The notes under the pieces: generated by a model
Told to the model about the DNA's origin: nothing
What the model saw: only the letters and a program-made list of their open reading frames with translations
Database searches by the model: none
Translations under genes and position numbers: made by a program
Shown here: in pieces, positions 44,087 to 53,494 of the stretch
Layout: every line of letters starts with the position of its first letter
Numbering within the stretch: position 1 is the stretch's first letter
Assembly: GCA_025055835.1 (NCBI GenBank)
Contig: JANWWR010000026.1
Coordinates: 14,220 to 78,219 of the forward strand
From: Gemmatales bacterium
GTDB taxonomy: Bacteria; Planctomycetota; Planctomycetia; Gemmatales; HRBIN36
DNA: 64,000 nt
Direction: 5' to 3'

Positions 44087-45736
44087 ATGACCTCCTGGAA
44101 CAGCTACCTGAAGACGTTGCCGAACGACTTGTTGGCCTCCATCGTGGTCTTCCTGGTGGCCCTGCCGTTGTGCATGGGAATCGCCATTGCCTCGGGAGTG
44201 CCCCCGGACAAGGCGGCCGCGGCGGGACTGATGACCGGGATCGTCGGCGGCATCGTGGTGGGGCTTTTAGGCGGCAGCCAGTTGCAGGTGAGCGGACCCG
44301 CCGCCGGGCTGACAGTGATCGTTTACGAGATGATCCAGGAGTACGGCTGGGAGAAGGTCGGCGTGCTGTTCTTCGCGGCGGGAGCGATCCAGCTGGCGGC
44401 AGGGCTGATCCGGGTTGGCCCGTGGTTTCGTGCGGTTTCCCCGGCGGTGATCTATGGAATGCTGTCCGGCATCGGCGTGCTGATCTTCGCCAGCCAATTT
44501 CACATCATGCTCGATGACTCTCCGAAGGGTTCGGGCTTGATGAACCTTATCTCTTTTCCGGAAGCGATTTATAAGGGCATCGTGCCGACAGGCGAGGTGC
44601 AGCACGAAACGGCAGCCCGCATCGGCATTCTGACGATCCTCGTTATCATCGGATGGAATCTGCTGCCGAAAAGGATCCGCCTGATCCCAGCGGCGTTGAT
44701 CGCCGTGGTCATCGCCACGGTGGTCGCAACCGTTCTTAATCTGCCGATCAACAAGGTGCAAGTGCCCGAAAACTTTTTCGATGCCATTCAGCTACCAGTG
44801 CTGCCCACCTGGGAAGACCTGGCCCATTGGCAGAAGATGGCCATTTCCGCCGTGTCCTTAGCTTTCATCGCCAGTGCCGAGACGCTTTTGTGTGCCACTG
44901 CCGTGGACAAGATGCATCAGGGGCCGCGGACGAACTACGACCGGGAGTTGGCGGCTCAAGGCGTTGGCAACATGATCTGCGGGCTGATCGGCGCTCTACC
45001 GATGACTGGCGTGATCGTTCGCAGTGCAGCCAACGTGGATGCCGGAGCCAAGACGCGGCTGTCGGCGGTTCTTCACGGCGTCTGGCTGCTGCTGTTCGTG
45101 GCGTTCCTGCCGCAAGTGCTCAGTTACATTCCGACCGCAGCCTTGGCCGCCCTGCTCGTGTACACCGGCTACAAACTGATCAACTTGAAAATCATCCCGA
45201 CCTTGGCCGAGTACGGCTGGAGCGAAGTCGCTATCTACATCGCCACGGTCGTGTTCATCGTCGCTACCGATCTGCTGACCGGAGTGGTCATCGGCATCAT
45301 TCTGGCCGTCATCAAATTGGCCTGGACATTCTCCACGCTCGAAATTGCCGTGACGCGAGACTCCGTCAGCCAGCGAACGATCATGCACCTGCGGGGAGCG
45401 GCGACGTTCATGCAGTTGCCCAAGCTGGCCGCAGCGCTGGAGCAGGTTCCGCCCAACTCCCATCTGCACGTCCATTTCGAGGAGTTGTCCTACATCGACC
45501 ACGCCTGCCTGGATCTGCTCATCAACTGGGAGAAGCAACACGAGGCGACCGGCGGCACGCTCGACATCGACTGGGAAGGCCTGGAAGCCCGCTTCCGCCG
45601 CCCCGCCTTCGCCAACGGCAATCGCAACACGCAGCCGAAGAAGCCTTCGGAAGCGGCTGCGTCCCCCGTGTCGTCCGCTGCGGAAATCCCCGCAGGTGCT
45701 GCCCCTGGCGTGTCGGAAGCGGCACCGCGCCGATAA
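44087..45736 (+). CDS. SulP-family anion (sulfate/bicarbonate) transporter with C-terminal STAS domain
   Basis: LLASIVVFLVALPLCMGIAIASGVPP...AAQGVGNMICGLIGALPMTGVIVRSAAN...STAS (IMHLRGAATFMQLPKL...IDHACLDLL). Alternative starts at 44063 and 44039. Confidence 0.9.
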   Translation: MTSWNSYLKTLPNDLLASIVVFLVALPLCMGIAIASGVPPDKAAAAGLMTGIVGGIVVGLLGGSQLQVSGPAAGLTVIVYEMIQEYGWEKVGVLFFAAGAIQLAAGLIRVGPWFRAVSPAVIYGMLSGIGVLIFASQFHIMLDDSPKGSGLMNLISFPEAIYKGIVPTGEVQHETAARIGILTILVIIGWNLLPKRIRLIPAALIAVVIATVVATVLNLPINKVQVPENFFDAIQLPVLPTWEDLAHWQKMAISAVSLAFIASAETLLCATAVDKMHQGPRTNYDRELAAQGVGNMICGLIGALPMTGVIVRSAANVDAGAKTRLSAVLHGVWLLLFVAFLPQVLSYIPTAALAALLVYTGYKLINLKIIPTLAEYGWSEVAIYIATVVFIVATDLLTGVVIGIILAVIKLAWTFSTLEIAVTRDSVSQRTIMHLRGAATFMQLPKLAAALEQVPPNSHLHVHFEELSYIDHACLDLLINWEKQHEATGGTLDIDWEGLEARFRRPAFANGNRNTQPKKPSEAAASPVSSAAEIPAGAAPGVSEAAPRR

Positions 45737-45771
45737 AAAACGGCCCTGAGACGGAGTCGGATCTCAGGGCC
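45733..45771 (-). terminator. Intrinsic terminator for the minus-strand small gene; the hairpin may also terminate SulP
   Basis: Perfect 10-bp stem GGCCCTGAGA / TCTCAGGGCC (45742-45751 / 45762-45771). On the minus strand it is followed by GTTTTTTAT. It overlaps the SulP stop codon. Confidence 0.65.
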
Positions 45772-45819
45772 GCACGCTGCCGGGACTCGGAACGGGAGCG
45801 GTTCGGCAGACTGACCGGC

Positions 45820-46116
45820 TTAGAACTGATCCAGGAAAAAGTGGAAGCCGCGGTGATACCGACGGTTTTCCAGAATTTCGTAGCGATACCAATTGTCCCG
45901 CTGGAGCGGGTAGGCCATGTACGGCGGAGGCGGCTGGAAAGACAGCCGCGGATCGGGCCAGCGGTACAGGTTCGGCCAGTAGGTCGGCGGCGTGTACCGG
46001 AACGGCCAGTGGTACAGCCGCATCGGATCCTCGGCGGAAGCGGTCGAAGACCCCGCCAGCCAGGCGGCAAGGGCCATCAGCCCGGACACCAGAATCGGCC
46101 AACTACGACGCAGCAT
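45820..46116 (-). CDS. Small secreted Pro/Tyr/Trp-rich protein (98 aa)
   Basis: GGGAGG lies 7 nt before ATG 46116. Signal peptide MLRRSWPILVSGLMALAAWLAGSSTASA. Mature part: EDPMRLYHWPFRYTPPTYWPNLYRWPDPRLSFQPPPPYMAYP... It is followed by the terminator above. Confidence 0.55.
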   Translation of the reverse strand: MLRRSWPILVSGLMALAAWLAGSSTASAEDPMRLYHWPFRYTPPTYWPNLYRWPDPRLSFQPPPPYMAYPLQRDNWYRYEILENRRYHRGFHFFLDQF

Positions 46117-46324
46117 CGCACATCCTCCCGACGGGGCCTCGCAAAGCATCTCCATCCTGACCTTGCTATCGCCATCCCGGGCTGACCATCCGCAATAGAT
46201 CGGCCCGCTTTGACCGACTCGAAGGGACGGACCTGCCGCCGGTGCCGAAGCAGCCTGGGCTTCCGAGACTATGGGCCGCGCGGCCCGTAAAAGTTCTTTC
46301 GCCCAAGGGGACTCTGCCGACGCT

Positions 46325-47323
46325 CTACTGCCCGTATTCCTTGCGAAGGAACGTCTGCACCTCCTCCCACAACTCCGCCGCCTGGGCGAAATCCACCTCC
46401 ATTGCCTTGAGGCGAGACGGCGGTTCGATCGGGAGATTCGCCTGCACGTTGGGATTGAGCGGAATCTGGGCGCTGCGGCCTTCCGCCAGCCGTTTTTCAA
46501 CGGCGGGGCTAAGCAGGTAGTCGAGCAGCTTGCGGGCCGATTCCGGGTTGGGGCTGCCCTTGATGATCGCCAACGTGTTGGGCAGAAACAGGGTGCCGAT
46601 GGTTTGCTGATCGGGATAGAGGATGCGGACGGGTCGGCCGTTGCGGATTTCGATGATGGCGTCGTCCGTGTCGGTCAGGCCGACGTCGAAGCGGCCCTCG
46701 GACACGGCGATGGCCACGTCCTTGTTCCCCGGCAGCAGCGTGACGTTGGGCCGAAGCTCCGTGTAGAACTGCTGGGCTTTTTCCTTGCCCAGCACCTGGA
46801 ACAGACACGCCGCTTGGGTCGCCGTCGTGCCGTACTGCGGCTTGGCCATCGCCACGCGGCCCTTCCATTTCGGAGCAGTCAATTCCAGGATGCCTTGGGG
46901 CATCTCCTCGGCGGACAGTCGGTTGTTGACAATCAGGATGCGGGCCCGGGCGGCGAAAGCGTACCAGGCGTTGTTCGGTCCCCTGGCCCAGGCGGGAAAC
47001 GGGTCGGCTGCCGAGGTCGGTGTTGGTTGCAAAAGGCCCTGCCTTTCCAAACGGACCATGTTGACCGGCTCGTTGTTCCAGAACACATCGCAGCGGGGAT
47101 GCCGCTTCTCCTGCACGATCGCTTCATAGAGGCTGACGGACTTGTTCGCCTCGGTGTCGGCACGTACATCCACCTTGATGCCGCTCTCCCGCTCAAAGTC
47201 GGCCAGGATCTCGGTGGCATACTCCAGATCCTGAGCACAATACAGCACCACCCGTGGACTCGGCTTGCCGCAGCCGACGGCCATTGCGAGTAACAATCCG
47301 ATAACCCAGCGTCGCCAGGACAT
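46325..47323 (-). CDS. ABC-transporter periplasmic substrate-binding lipoprotein (family 1, Fe(III)/thiamine/polyamine-like)
   Basis: Lipobox LLLAMAVGCG. VVLYCAQDLEYATEILADFERESGIKVDVRADTEANKSVSLYEAIV...DVFWNNEP. No permease or ATPase genes are adjacent. Confidence 0.8.
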   Translation of the reverse strand: MSWRRWVIGLLLAMAVGCGKPSPRVVLYCAQDLEYATEILADFERESGIKVDVRADTEANKSVSLYEAIVQEKRHPRCDVFWNNEPVNMVRLERQGLLQPTPTSAADPFPAWARGPNNAWYAFAARARILIVNNRLSAEEMPQGILELTAPKWKGRVAMAKPQYGTTATQAACLFQVLGKEKAQQFYTELRPNVTLLPGNKDVAIAVSEGRFDVGLTDTDDAIIEIRNGRPVRILYPDQQTIGTLFLPNTLAIIKGSPNPESARKLLDYLLSPAVEKRLAEGRSAQIPLNPNVQANLPIEPPSRLKAMEVDFAQAAELWEEVQTFLRKEYGQ

Positions 47324-47502
47324 GTTCCCTTCCCGTTGATCAAAGCCCGTGAGGCCAGGGCAGTTTGTTCTTCAACATCCTAACCGTGCATCCCCCTCGA
47401 CGTTAACAGCCACGGGCGGGGCCAACCGGGAAGGGTGGCTAGGAAACGCGGACTAATGCGGTATGATGGGCCGACTGATGCAACCGGTGCGAGGGGTAAG
47501 CC

Positions 47503-49116
47503 ATGCCGGAATTTGATCCCTATCCGCTCGTGCTCCTGGTTCTGGGCATCGCCACCATTTTCACCCTCATCATCTACTTGCGGATCAACGCCTTCCTCGC
47601 CCTCATTACCGCCGCCCTGCTGGTTGGTCTGCTCTCGCCGCGGGTCGTGCTCCAGACAGCGGAAATGGATGCCTACGAAAAACTGGCCAAGCCGATCAAT
47701 GACGGACTCAACTCCCGAAACCTGACGGAGGCCGCCGCAAAGGTGGAAAAGCTGGCTGATGAGGCCGTGGCCCATTCCCGAGGCGATCGACCCTCGCAGC
47801 CGCCGCGCCTGGCCCTGCTCAATGCCCCGAAGATGGTCGCCTACGCCTTCGGCGATCTCATGGGCAAAATCGGCCTGGTCATCGCTTTTGCCAGCATCGT
47901 CGGCAAGGCGTTGATGGAGAGCGGAGCAGCGGATCGCATCGTCCGCTTTTTCGTGCGGCTTTTCGGGCCGAGGGCCGGGGGGCTGGCCTTGCTGGCCAGC
48001 GGCTTCGTGCTGTCCATTCCGGTGTTTTTCGACACGGTGTTTCTGCTGTTGGTGCCGTTGGCCAAGGCCTTGCGGCTGCGGACCGGCAAGGATTATCTGC
48101 TCTATGTCACCGCCATCGGAGCCGGAGGGGCGATCACCCATTCGCTTGTTCCGCCGACGCCGGGACCGATCGGCATGGCGGAAATCCTTAACGTGGATCT
48201 CGGCCTCGTGATCGTTGTGGGCATCCTGGTCGGCGCGCCGCTAAGCTTGATCGGCTATGCCTACGCAGCCTGGGCCAATCGTCGCTGGCCGACGCCGCTG
48301 CGTCAGGTCGGCAGCGTCTCCTTGGAAGAACTGGAGCGAACGGCCAATCGCCCCGACCACGAATTGCCGTCCCTGGCTGCGTCGTTGACGCCGATCCTGC
48401 TGCCCGTCGTGCTTATCACCGCCGCCACCGTGAATGCCGCGCTGGCCAAGGTGCTGACTGACGGCGAACCGATGGTGGAGGTCTTCGGCGCTCGCATGGG
48501 CATCAGCAGCGTGCTGGAGTTCCTCGGCAATCCGAACATGGCGTTGCTGCTGTCGGCGGGGGTGGCGATGTTGCTCGTGGCCCGGCAGAAGCGGATGAAT
48601 CGGCATCAGTTGGCCGTCTTCACCGCGGCGGCTTTAGAAGAGGCGGGCATGATTCTCCTCATCACCAGCGCGGGCGGCTCGTTCGGCTTCATGCTGCGGG
48701 CCGTGGGCATGGGAGAGAGCCTGCAAGCTCTGACGCCGAGCGAAGGCGGCGGTCTGGTCATCCTCGCTCTGGCCTGGGGCATCGCGGTGCTGTTCAAGAT
48801 TGCCCAGGGTTCCGGCACCGTCTCCATGATTACCACGGCGGGCATCATCATGCCGATCGTCACCGCCGGCATGGAGCGGACCGGCCTGGGCATGGCGGAA
48901 TACCTCGGCTACCATCCGGTCTATCTGGTCATGGCCATCGGGTGCGGTTCGAAGGTCGGCTCGTGGATGAACGACAGCGGCTTCTGGGTCGTGTGCAAGA
49001 TGGGCGGACTGACCGAGGAAGAAACGCTCAAGTCGTGGACCGTCACCCTGGTGGTCATGGGCATTTCCGGTATCGTGCTGCTTCTGGCCCTGGTGCATGT
49101 CCTTCCTCTGACCTGA
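47503..49116 (+). CDS. GntP-family (gluconate:H+ symporter-type) permease
   Basis: FTLIIYLRINAFLALITAALLVGL...GKIGLVIAFASIVGKALMESGAADRIV...PVFFDTVFLLLVPLAKAL...MNDSGFWVV. Confidence 0.85.
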   Translation: MPEFDPYPLVLLVLGIATIFTLIIYLRINAFLALITAALLVGLLSPRVVLQTAEMDAYEKLAKPINDGLNSRNLTEAAAKVEKLADEAVAHSRGDRPSQPPRLALLNAPKMVAYAFGDLMGKIGLVIAFASIVGKALMESGAADRIVRFFVRLFGPRAGGLALLASGFVLSIPVFFDTVFLLLVPLAKALRLRTGKDYLLYVTAIGAGGAITHSLVPPTPGPIGMAEILNVDLGLVIVVGILVGAPLSLIGYAYAAWANRRWPTPLRQVGSVSLEELERTANRPDHELPSLAASLTPILLPVVLITAATVNAALAKVLTDGEPMVEVFGARMGISSVLEFLGNPNMALLLSAGVAMLLVARQKRMNRHQLAVFTAAALEEAGMILLITSAGGSFGFMLRAVGMGESLQALTPSEGGGLVILALAWGIAVLFKIAQGSGTVSMITTAGIIMPIVTAGMERTGLGMAEYLGYHPVYLVMAIGCGSKVGSWMNDSGFWVVCKMGGLTEEETLKSWTVTLVVMGISGIVLLLALVHVLPLT

Positions 49117-49309
49117 ACCAGATTGGCGTCACATCGCATCTACTGCGTGATGGAAGCCGCGTCCTCGGGGCAGACTGCGAAGACCTTGCGGGCGGTAGGG
49201 CGGTCGGCTCGGAGGTTCCTCGGCTAAGCATTGCACTTGGTCCTCGCATTGTGCCGATGTTAACGCAGGTAGGGACCGCTCCGAACATGCCGTGGAAAGG
49301 AGTCCTGGA

Positions 49310-51214
49310 ATGGCGAAATCGCATGGGACCAAAGGGCTGCTCGCCGGTCTGGTGGCTGTCGCCTGGGGAGTTCCGGTCCTGGCAGCGCCTCCCAGCGTGG
49401 ACGATATGCTGGCGTTCCGGCCGTATCAGCGGGGCGTCGTCATCAGCACGCCGACCGCCGCCGAGAAAGCCTCGTGCAAGGTCGAACTGATGCAAGGCTC
49501 GGCCAAGGGGACGAGCGGTTGGGTGCTTCGTGACCCCAACGGCCGACTGCTTCGCAAGTTCTTCGACACCAACGGCGACCGGGTTCCCGATCAATGGTCG
49601 TACTACAAGGACGGCGTCGAGGTCTATCGGGAACTGGACACCAACTTCAACGGCAACCGCGATACCTACATGTGGCTCAACTCCGGCGGCATGAAGATCG
49701 GTATCGACCGTGATGAGAAAGACGGCATCATCGACACTTGGCAAGCCATCTCCGTAGAAGAACTCAGCCAGGAAGTCGTCAAAGCCCTGACGGCGCGGGA
49801 CTTCAAGACCCTTCAGGCGCTGTTGGTTTCGGAGGACGATCTCAAAGCTCTCGGCCTGCCTGCCGCCGAGATTCAGCGGATTACGGCCGTGCAGAAGCAG
49901 ACCCCGGCCAAATTCCAGGCCACCTGCGGGAAGTTGTCCCATCTGAACGAGAACACCCGCTGGCTGCACGTGGAAACCGCGGCCCCGAGCCGACTGCCCG
50001 CCGACGCCACCGGAGCCAAGCGGGACATCCTCATGCACTACCGGGCCTTGGTCCTGATCGAAACCGGTAACAAGGCGGACATGATCCAGCTGGGTGAGAT
50101 GATCCTCGTCGGCGAAGCGTGGAAGCTTATCGACGCCCCAGTTCTCGGCGATCAGGAGGCCGCTCCGGCGGACAGCATTGCCGGCGGCACCGCTCCCGTG
50201 CCCAGCGATCCGATGGTGCAGGAAATGCTCAAGCGGGTTGCCGAACTCGACAAGTCCGCTCCTTCCTACGCCGGCATGGGTGTCAATCCCGCCGTGGCGA
50301 ATTACCATCTCCAGCGGGCCGACCTCCTGGAGCAGATCGTCGCTCGGCTTTCCGAGGCCGAGGCCGGCCAGTGGATCAAGCAACTGGCGGACAGCCTCAG
50401 CACTGCCGTCCAGGCCAGCCCGTCGAGCGATTCGCGGGCCTATGATCGGCTCCTGAAACTGGCCGAGAAGACCGCCAAGGATCGGCCCGGCTCCGACGTG
50501 GCCGCCTACGTCGCCTTCCGCGAACTGACCAGCGACTACTCCCGAGCCGTCTCCGAGGCCAAGAATGCCAAGGCGATGCTCGATACGCAATCCCGGCACG
50601 TCGAACGTCTGGCTCGCTTCGTCGCCGCCTATCCCAAGGCCGACGACGCCGCCGATGCCCTCCTGCAACTGGGCATGATTTCCGAGTTCCAGGGCAAGGA
50701 ACAGGACGCCCAGAAGTGGTACGAACAGCTGGTGCGGACGCACGGTTCCTCGCCCCAGGCTGTCAAGGCCGCCGGAGCACTCCGCCGCATGACGCTCGAA
50801 GGGAAGCCGTGGGAGATCGGCGGGCAGGTCACCAGCCTCAACGGCGTGCCGTTCTCGATGGATAAACTCCGCGGCAAGGTCGTCGTCGTGTACTACTGGG
50901 CTGACTGGTGCCAGTCCGCTCCCGCCGACTTCGCCAAGCTCAAGCAGCTGGCCCAGACCTACCGCAGCCAGGGACTGGAAATCGTCGCCATCAGCGTGGA
51001 CGACGACCAGGCCCGGGCCGAGGCCTTTCTGCGGCAGCACAACCCGGTCGGCTACCAGCTTTACGCTCCTGGCGGGTTGGAAGGGCCGGTCGCTCAGCAT
51101 TACGGCCTGATCATCTTCCCGAACATCTTCCTGGTCGGTCGGGATGGCAAGGTTATCAACCGCAACGTCGAACCGGCCGCGTTGGAAGACGAGGTCAAGA
51201 AAGCGATGAAGTGA
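49310..51214 (+). CDS. Secreted multidomain protein: Ca-binding-like DxDxDG repeats, helical/TPR-like middle, C-terminal TlpA-like thioredoxin fold with WCQSA instead of WCxxC
   Basis: AAAGGAG lies before ATG 49310, followed by a signal peptide. DTNGDRVPD / DTNFNGNRD / DRDEKDGIID. C-terminus: GKVVVVYYWADWCQSAPADFAKLKQL...EIVAISVDDD...IFPNIFLVGRDGKVI. Confidence 0.75.
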   Translation: MAKSHGTKGLLAGLVAVAWGVPVLAAPPSVDDMLAFRPYQRGVVISTPTAAEKASCKVELMQGSAKGTSGWVLRDPNGRLLRKFFDTNGDRVPDQWSYYKDGVEVYRELDTNFNGNRDTYMWLNSGGMKIGIDRDEKDGIIDTWQAISVEELSQEVVKALTARDFKTLQALLVSEDDLKALGLPAAEIQRITAVQKQTPAKFQATCGKLSHLNENTRWLHVETAAPSRLPADATGAKRDILMHYRALVLIETGNKADMIQLGEMILVGEAWKLIDAPVLGDQEAAPADSIAGGTAPVPSDPMVQEMLKRVAELDKSAPSYAGMGVNPAVANYHLQRADLLEQIVARLSEAEAGQWIKQLADSLSTAVQASPSSDSRAYDRLLKLAEKTAKDRPGSDVAAYVAFRELTSDYSRAVSEAKNAKAMLDTQSRHVERLARFVAAYPKADDAADALLQLGMISEFQGKEQDAQKWYEQLVRTHGSSPQAVKAAGALRRMTLEGKPWEIGGQVTSLNGVPFSMDKLRGKVVVVYYWADWCQSAPADFAKLKQLAQTYRSQGLEIVAISVDDDQARAEAFLRQHNPVGYQLYAPGGLEGPVAQHYGLIIFPNIFLVGRDGKVINRNVEPAALEDEVKKAMK

Positions 51215-51304
51215 TTGCCAGGAAAAGGCGACGGTGACTGGCGGCGGGACGAGGCAGACCTCTGCTTCGTCCCGTCCCATTTTTTCCAAGGTTGGGAGTG
51301 CGGT

Positions 51305-53491
51305 TCACACGTCCCACATGATCTGCTCGAATTCGGGAGTCGGTCGGGTGAGGCTGATGCAGGCATCGCGGGGAGCGCGGTCGCGGCTCTGATTGCCTTC
51401 CATGAGTTCCACGAAGAAATGCAGCGGCTCATTGACTTTGACGCCGAGGCAATCGAAGGGAAGGCTGACCGCGACGATCTGATCCACGCCGACTTCGATG
51501 TGAGGACAGGGAATCGTCTGCCCCTGGCGGACGAGTTCCACGGTCTGCGAACTTTTACCCGGATCGTGGATCCGCAGCTCGTAGCCTGCCGGATCCACGA
51601 AGCCGACGATGAGTTTGTCGAACGGAGCCAGGGCCGATTTGGCGGGACCGTCGAAGTCCACCCGGATCAGCAGCCGCTCCGGCGTGAAACCGAAGAAGAT
51701 TTCGCGGATGGGTCCCAGCGTCACCATCGCCATAGTGCCGCGCTCGTTCTGAGCGACGTAGTGACCGGCCCCCATCCATTCGATGGGTCGGCGTCGGCCG
51801 TCAGGCTTGACGTCGAGAAATGAGGTCGGCTGCGTGTGGATGGCCCGGGCGGCGGTGCGTTTGTTGATCGGTCGGCCGAGGTGCGGAGGAGGCAGTTCGC
51901 CAAGAAGCACATAGACGTTTTGCAGATGCTTGCGGAACAAATAGTCGAACAGTCCGTCCTGCGGGCTGGAGTGTTGCGGGCCGTACCACCAGAACCAGTC
52001 GCTGCCCTCGGCGACGTAGATTTCCCGCCACGCCAAAGCGGCTCGTTCCGGCGAAACCAGGCCCTGAGCCTGCCGCTGCACGAGATGTTCCCGCGTCTGG
52101 TGCAGCAGGTCCCAGGCCTGATTGTCCTCTTCGTGGCCGATCCAGATTTCGAAGTTGTGATTGATCCAGCTTCCAGCGAACAGATGCGTCAGCCTTGTCC
52201 GCGGTGGATACTTTTCCAGGTACTCGCTGACCTTCATCGGCTTGATACCGCGGGTATGCGTCGCCAGGTGGTACAGCTCCCTTAGGAACTCGACGCCGCC
52301 GCCGTGATAGTGTTCCCAGCAGTTTTCCCCGTCCAAAATGACGCTGACCAGCGCCGGCTGATTGCCGCCGACCGCCCGACCGATGGCCGACACCTTGCCG
52401 ATGAAGTCCTCCGCCGCCGCCTTGCCGTCGCTCCGCTGATAATGGAAGCCGATCAAGTCGCTCAGGGCATGGTCGCGGAAGATCACGCTGAGTTGATGCC
52501 CGGCTTCCTCCACGCGGTACGGACAATACATCTGCTCGGGATTGCGGACGTGCCCGCGGCTGTCCCGGCCGACGAAGCCGTGCGTGGACCGGCTCAGGAT
52601 TTCCTCGTCGGTGGCGATCCATTGGATGCCGTGGCGGGCTATCAGCGGGATCATGATCTGGCAGACCGACCCCTCCGCCGGCCACATGCCGACGGGAGCC
52701 TGGCCGAAGACCGCCTTGTGCTGGGCGATGGCCTCGGCGACGTGGAACTCGGCGTCCTCGGGATAGCCGAGCTGATAACGCGGCAGCCGAATATCCGGCG
52801 TCGCCTCCCGAGCCACCCGCTTGTCCAGAAGCAGGGGCAAGATCGGATGGTAGTACGGCGTGGTGGTCAGCTCCACCTGGCCGCGTTCCATCAGTTCCCG
52901 GTGCAGCGGAATGACCTGCCGCATCAACTCGAAATGCTTGTCCAGCACCAGCCGCTTGTCTTCCTCGGTGAAGAACTTGCCCTTGGCGACCAGTTCCTGC
53001 AGCGCGGGATCGCGTTGAACCGCCAGCGGATGAATCCAGGTGAGATTGAACCACACCTGCAAGTCGCGGAGGTCGCGCTCCTGGAAACGCCGCAAGGCTT
53101 CAGGAGCGGAGCTGCGGCCGAGATTGCGGCGAACATAAAGTTCCGCGTAGCGGGGATAGGGCCGGATCATCCGCTCAGGGTTGGCCATGAAGAAGTTGTC
53201 GAGGATGAACATGGCCTGTTCCCGCGTCAGGCTGTTGGCGGGGATGCGGGAGAGATTCAGAAAGTGATCGCTGGCGTTGCGTTCGGTGTAGTCCTGAAGC
53301 TGATGGACGAGGCTGGGCACGAGGTTGATCGTGCAGTGCATCTCCGGCACCTCGCGGAGATGCATGGCCATGCCCCAGTAGTCCTTGACGCCGTGCAGAC
53401 GCACCCAGGGCATCGGATTCTCCCGGGCGATGTCGTCCGGGTAGTATGGCTGATGCTGGTGCCAGACGAACGCCAGGGCCACCTCGCCCAT
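51305..53491 (-). CDS. Glycoside hydrolase family 57 (alpha-glucan-active: amylase / branching / amylopullulanase-type)
   Basis: ALAFVWHQHQPYY (GH57 region I), WPAEGSV (nucleophile Glu region), IQWIATDEEIL (acid/base Asp region). The start lies 3 nt after the glgA stop. Confidence 0.9.
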   Translation of the reverse strand: MGEVALAFVWHQHQPYYPDDIARENPMPWVRLHGVKDYWGMAMHLREVPEMHCTINLVPSLVHQLQDYTERNASDHFLNLSRIPANSLTREQAMFILDNFFMANPERMIRPYPRYAELYVRRNLGRSSAPEALRRFQERDLRDLQVWFNLTWIHPLAVQRDPALQELVAKGKFFTEEDKRLVLDKHFELMRQVIPLHRELMERGQVELTTTPYYHPILPLLLDKRVAREATPDIRLPRYQLGYPEDAEFHVAEAIAQHKAVFGQAPVGMWPAEGSVCQIMIPLIARHGIQWIATDEEILSRSTHGFVGRDSRGHVRNPEQMYCPYRVEEAGHQLSVIFRDHALSDLIGFHYQRSDGKAAAEDFIGKVSAIGRAVGGNQPALVSVILDGENCWEHYHGGGVEFLRELYHLATHTRGIKPMKVSEYLEKYPPRTRLTHLFAGSWINHNFEIWIGHEEDNQAWDLLHQTREHLVQRQAQGLVSPERAALAWREIYVAEGSDWFWWYGPQHSSPQDGLFDYLFRKHLQNVYVLLGELPPPHLGRPINKRTAARAIHTQPTSFLDVKPDGRRRPIEWMGAGHYVAQNERGTMAMVTLGPIREIFFGFTPERLLIRVDFDGPAKSALAPFDKLIVGFVDPAGYELRIHDPGKSSQTVELVRQGQTIPCPHIEVGVDQIVAVSLPFDCLGVKVNEPLHFFVELMEGNQSRDRAPRDACISLTRPTPEFEQIMWDV

Positions 53492-53494
53492 GTC

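Noticed and set aside
46272-46285. GGGCCGCGCGGCCC palindrome downstream of the substrate-binding protein gene as a terminator
   Set aside because: The stem is only 5 bp with a 4-nt loop and no U-tract on the relevant (minus) strand. That is too weak to call.
49055-51289. 744-aa ORF on the minus strand
   Set aside because: It is antisense to the TlpA-like/TPR gene, which has clear motifs. Its translation is Gly/Arg/Pro/Val-rich low-complexity with no motif. This is a typical stop-codon-poor shadow frame of a high-GC gene.
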